DNA from: Gemmatimonas sp.
GTDB taxonomy: Bacteria; Gemmatimonadota; Gemmatimonadetes; Gemmatimonadales; Gemmatimonadaceae
Direction of reading: 5' to 3'
NCBI GenBank assembly: GCA_965279375.1
Contig: OZ257156.1
Span: 2,560,001 to 2,624,000 of the forward strand
DNA length: 64,000 nucleotides
The notes under the pieces: model-generated
What the model saw: only the letters and a program-made list of their open reading frames with translations
Told to the model about the DNA's origin: nothing
The model's database searches: none
Shown: piece by piece, positions 55,575 to 63,229 of the stretch
How the letters are laid out: every line of letters begins with the position of its first letter
Numbering within the stretch: position 1 is the stretch's first letter
Translations under genes and position numbers: made by a program

Positions 55575-57182
55575 TTGCTGATACCGCGTCTTGCGCTGCG
55601 CTCTCTGCGCAGCCGCCTGCTGACGACCACGCTCACCGTCGTGTCGATCGCGCTCAGCGTGACGCTGCTGGTGGGAATCGAGAACGTGCGGGCCGGTGTG
55701 CGGGAGAGTTTTGCCGGCACGATTCGCGGCACGGATCTCATTGTGGGCGCACGTGGCGGTACGCTGCAGGTGCTGCTCAGTTCTGTCTTTGGCATCGGCT
55801 CGCCCGCCGGTTCGGTGAAGATGTCCACCTTCGAGCGGTGGCAGAAACATCCGGCGGTGAAGTGGGCGGTGCCGTACTCATTGGGCGACAGCCATCGTGG
55901 CTTTCGCGTGGTGGGCACGACGCCCGAGTTCTTTGCGCGCTACAAGTTCCGCCAGAACACGCCGATCACGTTCGCGCAGGGCGCGGTGTTCGCCGCCGAC
56001 AGCGATGTGGTGATCGGCAGCGAAGTGGCGCAGCGACTGAAGTACACGATCGGATCACCGGTGACGGTGACGCACGGTATGCGCGATATCGGTACGTCTA
56101 ACCACGAGGCGCATCCGTTCAAGGTGGTGGGCGTGCTGGCGCGCACCTTCACGCCGATCGACCGCTCGGTGTACATCACGCTCGAAGGCATCGAGGCGAT
56201 GCACGAGGACTTCGAGAAGCCCGCGGCACCTGTAGCTGCCGCACCCGCTGTCGCACCCGATGCCGCACCCGCTGCCGCGGCCAAGTCTCTAACCCAGGCG
56301 CGCATTCGAGCGCGAAATCAGGCGCGCGCCGAAACGCCGTTGCCCAAGGACGTGCCGCCGGTGATGCCGGGCGCAGAGCCGCCGCCGGGGACGCCGATGG
56401 TCATGCCAGGCGCGTCGCCGCCTCCGGGAACGCCGCTCGTCATGCCGGGCGCCTCGCCACCACCGGGCACCCCAATGGTGATGCCCGGCGCGGAGCCACC
56501 GCCGACCGTCGCCGCGACGGCAAAGCCGACACCCACACAGCCGCGCAAACCGAATCCGCCGCCAGCTCCGATCGACGAGCCCAACGCGCCTGCGGCCGAT
56601 CTCGATCATGGCGACCACGCACACGGCGATGACCAGATCACATCGTTCTTCGTCGGCACCAAGAATCGTTTCGAAGCGCTGATGCTGCAGCGCGAGATGA
56701 ACACCGATCTCGTCGAGCCGCTGACGGCTGTGATTCCGGGCGTCGCGCTCGGTGAACTGTGGCAGAACATCGGTGGCGCCGAGGTCGGCCTTCGCGTGAT
56801 CGCGATTTTCGCCGTGGCCATCGGGCTCACCGGCATGCTCGTTTCACTGTACTCGTCGCTCGAGGCCCGTCGGCGAGAGATGGCAATTTTCCGCGCCATC
56901 GGCGCCGGGCCGCGCACGATCGTGTCGCTCCTCGTCCTGGAATCGGGGCTGCTGGCGTTCCTCGGCTGCGTGATCGGCGTGGCCCTCGTGTACACGGGAC
57001 TCGCGCTCGGTCAGGCGCCCATCGAGCAGCGCTTCGGGCTGCATCTCTCCATTCGGCCGCTCGGCGCAACCGAATGGACCTATCTCGCGGCGGTGTTTGG
57101 AGCCGGTGTGCTGATCGGATTCGTGCCGGCACTCAAGGCGTACCGGACCTCGCTGGTGGACGGACTGAGCCCGCGTGCGTAG
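55575..57182 (+). CDS. ABC transporter permease (FtsX/MacB family, ZrgC-like) with Pro-rich insertion
   Basis: TDLIVGARGG, SLGDSHRGFRVVGTT, ITLEGIEAMH, RRREMAIFRAIGA; TTG start. Confidence 0.9.
   Translation: MLIPRLALRSLRSRLLTTTLTVVSIALSVTLLVGIENVRAGVRESFAGTIRGTDLIVGARGGTLQVLLSSVFGIGSPAGSVKMSTFERWQKHPAVKWAVPYSLGDSHRGFRVVGTTPEFFARYKFRQNTPITFAQGAVFAADSDVVIGSEVAQRLKYTIGSPVTVTHGMRDIGTSNHEAHPFKVVGVLARTFTPIDRSVYITLEGIEAMHEDFEKPAAPVAAAPAVAPDAAPAAAAKSLTQARIRARNQARAETPLPKDVPPVMPGAEPPPGTPMVMPGASPPPGTPLVMPGASPPPGTPMVMPGAEPPPTVAATAKPTPTQPRKPNPPPAPIDEPNAPAADLDHGDHAHGDDQITSFFVGTKNRFEALMLQREMNTDLVEPLTAVIPGVALGELWQNIGGAEVGLRVIAIFAVAIGLTGMLVSLYSSLEARRREMAIFRAIGAGPRTIVSLLVLESGLLAFLGCVIGVALVYTGLALGQAPIEQRFGLHLSIRPLGATEWTYLAAVFGAGVLIGFVPALKAYRTSLVDGLSPRA
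56361..56504 (+). repeat. 39-bp (13-aa) in-frame tandem repeat, about 3.7 copies, VMPGA(E/S)PPPGTP(M/L)
   Basis: Units at 56361, 56400, 56439 and 56478, differing mostly at synonymous positions. Confidence 0.9.
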
Positions 57183-58308
57183 TGCGTCGGCGCGGATCGT
57201 CGCGTTCTATCTGCTCGTCGCGTCCGCCATCACGGCGCAGCAAACGCTGGGACACGCGCGCAGCAACAACTTCGCGATCTTCCGCGCGAGCTTCTGGCAT
57301 CTCGTGCGAGGTCAGGATCTGTACGCGTGGTATCCCGCCGAACACTGGGATCTGTTCAAGTACGCGCCCACCTGCGCGCTGCTCTTCGCGCCGTTCGCGG
57401 TGGTGCCATACGGCGCGGGACTGCTCGCGTGGAATCTGCTGAACGCGCTGGCGCTGAGCGGCGCGGTGGTGATGCTGTTGCCGGGTCGTGCAGGCGTCGC
57501 CGCGCTGTTGATCGTACTGCTCGAGGCGCTGGGCGCTCTGCAGAATACGCAGAGCAATGCGCTGGTGGCCGGACTGATGGTGCTGTCGGTGGTGGCGCTC
57601 GAACGACAGCGCGTGGCCGCTGGTGCCGCCGCCATCATCGCCGGCGCGACCATCAAAGTCTTTCCCCTGAGCGCAGGACTGTTCGGGTTGCTCACGCCGA
57701 TGCGCTGGCGACACGTCGCGTGGTGCGCTCTGGTTGGTGTGGCATTTCTGGTGCTGCCGCTGACGGTCACGTCGCCGGACATGCTGGCGATGCAGTACCG
57801 CTCGTGGCTTGCGGTCCAGGAGCAGGACACCGCCAAAGTCGGCATGGCCTGGATGGGCGGGCTGATTGAACTCGCCCTCGGTCACGCGATCCCGCACGCG
57901 CCGGTGCAGCTCTTTGGGGTGCTGGTGGTGCTAGCCGGTGCATGGTTGGCGCGCGATCAGTGGGACAACGCCACGGTGCGCCGGCTGCTGCTCTCGTCGT
58001 TGCTGATTTTTTCGGTGGTCTTCAATCACATGGCCGAATCGCCCAGCTTCGTGATCGCGTTCACCGGACTCGGGATCTGGTGGGCCAGCATGCCGCGCGA
58101 ACGGTGGCGCGACGTGCTGGTGGTGTTGATCCTGCTACTCGGCTCGGTCGGCGGGTCAGACATCGTACCCAAGCGCATTCGCGTCGAGTATCACGGCAAG
58201 ATCCAGCTCAAGGCGATCGTCACGCTGATCGGCTGGTTTGCGCTGCAGTACGACGTGTGGCGCACCGTGCAGCGCAACGCGACAGAGCCAGTCCGAACGG
58301 TCGCCTAG
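57175..58308 (+). CDS. Glycosyltransferase family 87 / DUF2029 (GT-C) membrane protein
   Basis: NNFAIFR, DLFKYAPT, QNTQSN, IKVFP, NHMAESPSF; multi-TM; overlaps the permease stop. Confidence 0.82.
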   Translation: MRSASARIVAFYLLVASAITAQQTLGHARSNNFAIFRASFWHLVRGQDLYAWYPAEHWDLFKYAPTCALLFAPFAVVPYGAGLLAWNLLNALALSGAVVMLLPGRAGVAALLIVLLEALGALQNTQSNALVAGLMVLSVVALERQRVAAGAAAIIAGATIKVFPLSAGLFGLLTPMRWRHVAWCALVGVAFLVLPLTVTSPDMLAMQYRSWLAVQEQDTAKVGMAWMGGLIELALGHAIPHAPVQLFGVLVVLAGAWLARDQWDNATVRRLLLSSLLIFSVVFNHMAESPSFVIAFTGLGIWWASMPRERWRDVLVVLILLLGSVGGSDIVPKRIRVEYHGKIQLKAIVTLIGWFALQYDVWRTVQRNATEPVRTVA

Positions 58309-58328
58309 CGCTCGCGTACTCTAGTCGT

Positions 58329-58922
58329 CTACGCCGACGCCAGTCTCGCCAACGCGGCGCGCACGATCACCGACACATCGCCCTTGGTACCGCTTTCCAC
58401 CGCGCCGCGCACCGCACGATCAGCTTCCACCTGCGTGTAGCCCAACGAGAGCAGCGCGCGCACCGCATCGTCCGACACCGCATTCACACCCGCCGGCGCA
58501 CTCGGCGCGCCGCCCACGGTGTCCATCTTGTCGGCGAGGTCGAGAATGAGCTGTTCCGCCTTCTTGCGACCCACGCGCGGCACACGCATCAGCGTGGTCA
58601 CGTCCTTCTCGCGCAGCGCGCGCACCACCCGTTCGGCGGAAAGCGACGACAGAATGCCCAACGCCAGCGCCGGCCCCACGCCCTTGGCGCCCAGCAAGCG
58701 CTGAAAGACGGAGCGCTCGTAGCGCGTGGCGAAGCCGTAGAGATGCCACGCGTCCTCACGCACGGAGAGATGCGTGTGCAGCGTGACCGGCTTCCCCTCC
58801 GTGGGCAACGCTTCGAACGCCGAGAGCGGGATCAGGCACTCGTAGGCGACGCCGCCTTCAGTGAGGATCTCGCAGCGATCGAGCTCGCGAAGAATCAGGG
58901 TGCCGGTCACCTGCGCAATCAT
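58329..58922 (-). CDS. ruvA: Holliday junction DNA helicase subunit RuvA
   Basis: GGVAYE, REDAWHLYGF, GVGPALAL, VGRKKAEQLILDL, ALLSLGY. Confidence 0.97.
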   Translation of the reverse strand: MIAQVTGTLILRELDRCEILTEGGVAYECLIPLSAFEALPTEGKPVTLHTHLSVREDAWHLYGFATRYERSVFQRLLGAKGVGPALALGILSSLSAERVVRALREKDVTTLMRVPRVGRKKAEQLILDLADKMDTVGGAPSAPAGVNAVSDDAVRALLSLGYTQVEADRAVRGAVESGTKGDVSVIVRAALARLASA

Positions 58923-59449
58923 CGCGGAACTCGTTTCGCTGAAGTGATCGAACTGAGCGTGGGAATGGACGGCAGATTGGTGGCGAGGCAGGCGCACAGT
59001 GCGGCCGCCACACCATCGGACGCATCCGCCGGCTCGGGTGCATGCTTGAGGCGCAGCAGGCGCGCGACCATGAATTGCACCTGCTCCTTGGTTGCCGCAC
59101 CATTGCCGGTGATCGCCTTCTTGATCTCCGACGGCGGATACTCGCGAATGCCGAGCGCCGCCTGCTGTGCGGCGAGCAGGATGACGCCGCGTGCGTGGCC
59201 GAGCACAATGGTGGTGCGCACGTTGCGCGCGTAGAAGACGTCTTCCACGGCCACCGTATCGGGACGATGGCGCGCGATCAGCTGCGTCACGCCATCGTGA
59301 ATGTCATGCAGTCGAGCAGGCAGCGGTTGCTTGGCATTGGTGCGAATGACGCCGCACTCCACCAACGACGCCGTTCGACCGTCGAAGGCGACGACGCCGT
59401 AGCCCGTGACGGCCGTGCCCGGATCGACTCCGAGCACGAGTTTGCTCAC
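58919..59449 (-). CDS. ruvC: Crossover junction endodeoxyribonuclease RuvC
   Basis: LGVDPGTAVTGYG, VEDVF, LGHARG, ATKEQV, DASDGVA. Confidence 0.97.
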   Translation of the reverse strand: MSKLVLGVDPGTAVTGYGVVAFDGRTASLVECGVIRTNAKQPLPARLHDIHDGVTQLIARHRPDTVAVEDVFYARNVRTTIVLGHARGVILLAAQQAALGIREYPPSEIKKAITGNGAATKEQVQFMVARLLRLKHAPEPADASDGVAAALCACLATNLPSIPTLSSITSAKRVPR

Positions 59450-60189
59450 GCGTCGGCCATGGCGTCCGCGTCCATCTCGAAGTTCGCGTCCACCTTCTGC
59501 ACGTCGTCCAGCTCTTCGAGTGCATCGAGCAGCTTGAGCAGCTGTTCGGCGGCCGCGCCTTCGACCTTCACGGTGCTCTTGGGGATCCAGCCAAGTTCGG
59601 CCGACGAGACTTTGTACTTCTGCGCCTCGAGCCCCTCCTTCACCGCGTGCAGCGAGCCGGGATCGGTCGTGATCACGTACTCCTCGTCCTCCCGCACCAC
59701 GTCTTCGGCGCCTGCCTCCAGCGCGTGCTCCATGATCGCGTCTTCGTTCACGCCCGTCGCGTCCACCGACATCGTGCCTTTGCGATCGAACAGGTACGCG
59801 ACCGAGTTGGCCGAGCCCATGTTGCCGCCGTTGCGCGAAAGCTTGTGGCGCACGTCGGCGACGGTACGCGTGGGGTTGTCGCTCACGGCCTGAATCATCA
59901 GCGCCACGCCGCCCGGACCGTATGCCTCGTAGAGCACGTCGACGTAGTCGACGCCTTCGAGTTCACCGGTCCCCTTCTTGATGGCGCGCTCGATGTTGTC
60001 CTTGGGCATTGAGACGGCCTTGGCGTTGTCGATGGCGGTACGCAGGCGCGGGTTCGCACCCTGATCGCCGCCGCCAAGCTTGGCCGCCATCGTGACTTCA
60101 CGAATCAGCCGCGTGAAGAGGACACCGCGCTTCTTGTCGGTGGCCGCCTTGGCGTTTCTGATGTTCTTCCATTTGCTATGACCAGCCAT
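59446..60189 (-). CDS. yebC: YebC/PmpR family protein
   Basis: MAGHSKW, NPRLR, YEAYGPGG, DNPTRT, LEELDDVQKV. Confidence 0.97.
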   Translation of the reverse strand: MAGHSKWKNIRNAKAATDKKRGVLFTRLIREVTMAAKLGGGDQGANPRLRTAIDNAKAVSMPKDNIERAIKKGTGELEGVDYVDVLYEAYGPGGVALMIQAVSDNPTRTVADVRHKLSRNGGNMGSANSVAYLFDRKGTMSVDATGVNEDAIMEHALEAGAEDVVREDEEYVITTDPGSLHAVKEGLEAQKYKVSSAELGWIPKSTVKVEGAAAEQLLKLLDALEELDDVQKVDANFEMDADAMADA

Positions 60190-60297
60190 GACACCCTCGT
60201 GATCGTTCCGCGTCCGCCTCATGGGGAACTGCTGGGCGAAATATGCGGCGGGTCGTGGGCGAGGTGAACCGCTCCGGGCCCCCTCGCGGGACGCGGA

Positions 60298-61146
60298 TCA
60301 GCGTTCGGGGTCGAGAACGTCCTCGAACCGGAGCCACTGCGCGAAGAAGTACAGGTCGGCGTAGGTGCGCGCGCCGTCGCGTCGCTTGAGCACGAGCAAC
60401 TCGGTCGCACCGCTTAGTCCCAAGTCCGACTCGTAGAGCTCCTCGCGGTAAAGCCCCAGTACCAGATCGGCGTGCACGCCCACCGCGCCTCGCGCGCCAA
60501 AGTCGGTGAGCGTCGGCCGTCGATCCTGCCGCGTGCGGTCCAGGCGCGGGAGATGGGAGAGCAGGACGATTGCCACGTCATACGTGAGCGCCAGCCGCTT
60601 GAGCGCCAGCACGGCAAAGGAGAGGGCGTCGTCGCGATTGCTGTCGTGTTCGAGCAGCCCCTCCACGCCATCCACGATCACCAACGCCGCGTCCCGGTGC
60701 CGTTCGATCGCTTCGGCGACGCGAGCCAGGCCGTCTGCGCCGAGTTGCACGACGTGCGGTGTCTGCGCGCGGAGGGAGAGCGACGCGGCCGCGAGCCGGA
60801 CGCGCTCGCCCTCGTCGAAGGTGCCTAGTCGCAACGCGTCGACAGTGACGCGTGCGGTGCTCGCCAACGCACGTTCGAGCACGCGCGCCGGGTGCGCTTC
60901 AGTGGTCAGGAACAGTGCGGGTGAGCTCCGGCGCAGCGCGATGGCCAGCGCCAGCGACGAGGTACCGGCGCCGTCATCTCCACCCAGCACGATCAGGTCG
61001 CCGCGACGAAATCCGCCGCCGACCTCACGGTCGATCGAGGGAAAGCCAGAGGGGACCAGCGTCCGGTCCACCTCGCCGTCGCTGATCCGGTCCACGCGCT
61101 CGATGATGTGCGTGAGAGGCGTGAGAGGCGTGACGTCGTGCGTCAT
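60298..61146 (-). CDS. DnaB-like helicase C-terminal domain protein with degenerate ATPase motifs
   Basis: SGFPSIDR..GG..RGDLIVL, LKRLA..DVAIVLLSHL, RPTLTD, ADLVLGLYRE, ELLVLKRRDG; Walker A reads GGDDGAGTS; no N-terminal domain. Confidence 0.85.
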   Translation of the reverse strand: MTHDVTPLTPLTHIIERVDRISDGEVDRTLVPSGFPSIDREVGGGFRRGDLIVLGGDDGAGTSSLALAIALRRSSPALFLTTEAHPARVLERALASTARVTVDALRLGTFDEGERVRLAAASLSLRAQTPHVVQLGADGLARVAEAIERHRDAALVIVDGVEGLLEHDSNRDDALSFAVLALKRLALTYDVAIVLLSHLPRLDRTRQDRRPTLTDFGARGAVGVHADLVLGLYREELYESDLGLSGATELLVLKRRDGARTYADLYFFAQWLRFEDVLDPER

Positions 61147-61541
61147 GCGCTGCCAGCCAGCTGACGCGCGAGTCGCTCGAGCTCCTGAATGGAGGGCCCA
61201 TCGAGATGCGGACCGGCCGCGGCGACCAGGCTGCGCAAGGCGCCCGCCACCTGTAGCGGCGTGCCCGTGGTGGATTCGAGGCAGCGCGAGAACGGCACCC
61301 GCGTACTGGAGGGGAGCGCGAGCGACGCGAGCCACACCTTGGCCGCCGTCGCACGCGATCCGCGATCCACGGTACTCATCGCTGCTGCGCCACGGAGACT
61401 CTCGGCCAGTCGCGCAGCCAGAAGCGCCGCGAGCGCGACCTCACGACCGCCGCCCAATGGTAACCGGCCGGCCAGCGCGGCGAGGGCAGGGAACGGGAAG
61501 GCGAGTCGCTCGAGGCTGTAGGGGAGTGAGTCGGTAGTCAC
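61143..61541 (-). CDS. Hypothetical helical protein (132 aa) coupled to the DnaB paralog
   Basis: ATGA overlap with the DnaB-like gene; TAGATT box 6 nt upstream of the GTG. Confidence 0.7.
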   Translation of the reverse strand: MTTDSLPYSLERLAFPFPALAALAGRLPLGGGREVALAALLAARLAESLRGAAAMSTVDRGSRATAAKVWLASLALPSSTRVPFSRCLESTTGTPLQVAGALRSLVAAAGPHLDGPSIQELERLARQLAGSA

Positions 61542-61659
61542 GACGCGAATCTAACGCGGCCGTCGCGATGTGGCGTCCAGCGAGCGACCGCACGAACGCC
61601 TTGTGTTTCGTTCGACTTGCTGGACCGTGGGGGCGCCCACCGGGTACCTTTCAGCGCAT

Positions 61660-63222
61660 ATGGCGCAGCCTGCAAAAGCGATTCTCTGGGTGGACGACGA
61701 GGCGGAACTGCTCGAGCCGCACCGACTCCTGCTCGGCGACAAGGGCTTTCACGTCGACACGGCCACCAATGCCGACGACGCGGTCGAAATGCTGCGGCGG
61801 AAGCCCTACGACCTGGTACTGCTCGACGAGCAGATGCCCGGTACACGCGGGCTCGCGGCGTACAAGGGGATGCGCGAGATGCTGCCCAACCTCGCCGTCG
61901 TGATGGTGACCAAGAGCGAAGAAGACGCCACGCTCAAGGAGGCCATCGGCGCGAATATTCGCGAGTACATGGTCAAGCCCGTCTCTCCGCGACAAGTGCT
62001 CTCGGTGGTGACGCGCATCCTCGACGGCCCACTGATTCGGTCGCAGGCACTGGCCCGCGCGTTCGTCGAGCGCTTTCGTGCCATCGAAGCGGATCGATAT
62101 TCATCGCTCGACTGGCGCGGCTGGATCGATCGCTTCGCGGAGTTGATGCAGTGGGACGTCGACTTGGCCGACGCCGGCGAACTGGGGCTGCACGAATCGC
62201 TGCGCGGACTGTATCCGGACATGCATCGCGAGTTCGCGACGTACATGAAGACCTCGTACCCGCAGTGGCTGCGCGAACTCGAAGGCGACCGGCCGCCGCT
62301 GTCGGTGGACGTCATCTCGGAGTTCGTTGCGCCCGTATTGCTGCGCGACAAGAAGGCGATTTTCATCGTCATCGATTGCCTGCGCGTGGATCAGTGGCGT
62401 GTGATCGAGCCGCTGCTGGCGCCGCTCTACGACGTGGAGACGACGCACTACTTCTCGATTCTCCCCACGGCGACACCGTACGCCCGCAACTCGCTGTTCA
62501 GTGGGCTCTTTCCCGGCGAGATCGCCGCAAAGTTTCCCGACTGGTGGGGCGAGCGCGACGATGAATCGCTCAACTCGCACGAGAAGGAACTGCTCGCCGC
62601 GCATCTGAACGATCTGCAGATCAAGGCGCAGGTGCGCTACCAGAAGATCACCACCGCAGCGGACTCCGACGATCTGGAACGCCATCTCCCCGGCGCGATT
62701 GCCGGCGAAGGGATTCACGCGTTCGTCTTCAATTTCGTCGATCAGCTCACGCACGGGCGCAGCGAGTCGGCGATCCTGTTCGAAGTCGCGCGCGACGAAA
62801 TCGCGATGCGGGCGCTCGCCAAGCAGTGGTTCGAGCGCTCAGCGCTGCTGTCGCTGCTCAAAGAGGCGTCGCGCCGAAAGATCTCCGTCATCATCACCAG
62901 CGATCACGGCGCGCTGCACTGCAACACGCCGGCGACGGTGTTCGCGAAGCGCGATGCAACGGCCAACCTGCGCTACAAGTTTGGTGAGGATATTCGCGCC
63001 GAGCGTCCGGAGCAGGCGCTGCTCTTCAGCAACGCAGAAGATCTGCGCTTGCCTCCACGGGGCGAGAACAACAACACGCTCCTCGCGGCTGGCGACACGT
63101 TCTTCGTCTACCCGACCAAGCTGCGTGAGTATCAAAGTCGCTATCGCGGATCGTTCCTCCACGGTGGCGTCACGCCCGAGGAATGCATCCTGCCGGTCGC
63201 GTTGCTGACCCCCAAGCGGTGA
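61660..63222 (+). CDS. porX: PorX-like response regulator (REC + PglZ/alkaline-phosphatase-superfamily domain)
   Basis: ILWVDDE, LLDEQMPG, VMVTKSEE, VIDCLRVDQW, LPTATPYARNSLFSG, NFVDQLTHG, TSDHG, FLHGG. Confidence 0.88.
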   Translation: MAQPAKAILWVDDEAELLEPHRLLLGDKGFHVDTATNADDAVEMLRRKPYDLVLLDEQMPGTRGLAAYKGMREMLPNLAVVMVTKSEEDATLKEAIGANIREYMVKPVSPRQVLSVVTRILDGPLIRSQALARAFVERFRAIEADRYSSLDWRGWIDRFAELMQWDVDLADAGELGLHESLRGLYPDMHREFATYMKTSYPQWLRELEGDRPPLSVDVISEFVAPVLLRDKKAIFIVIDCLRVDQWRVIEPLLAPLYDVETTHYFSILPTATPYARNSLFSGLFPGEIAAKFPDWWGERDDESLNSHEKELLAAHLNDLQIKAQVRYQKITTAADSDDLERHLPGAIAGEGIHAFVFNFVDQLTHGRSESAILFEVARDEIAMRALAKQWFERSALLSLLKEASRRKISVIITSDHGALHCNTPATVFAKRDATANLRYKFGEDIRAERPEQALLFSNAEDLRLPPRGENNNTLLAAGDTFFVYPTKLREYQSRYRGSFLHGGVTPEECILPVALLTPKR

Positions 63223-63229
63223 TCGATCG

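Noticed and set aside
61110..61133. 9-bp tandem repeat GTGAGAGGC
   Set aside because: In-frame TPLTPLT duplication at the N-terminus of the DnaB-like protein; too short to interpret.
61660..63222. BREX defence system suggested by the PglZ domain
   Set aside because: PglZ is fused to a receiver domain (PorX architecture) and there are no brxC, pglX or brxL neighbours.
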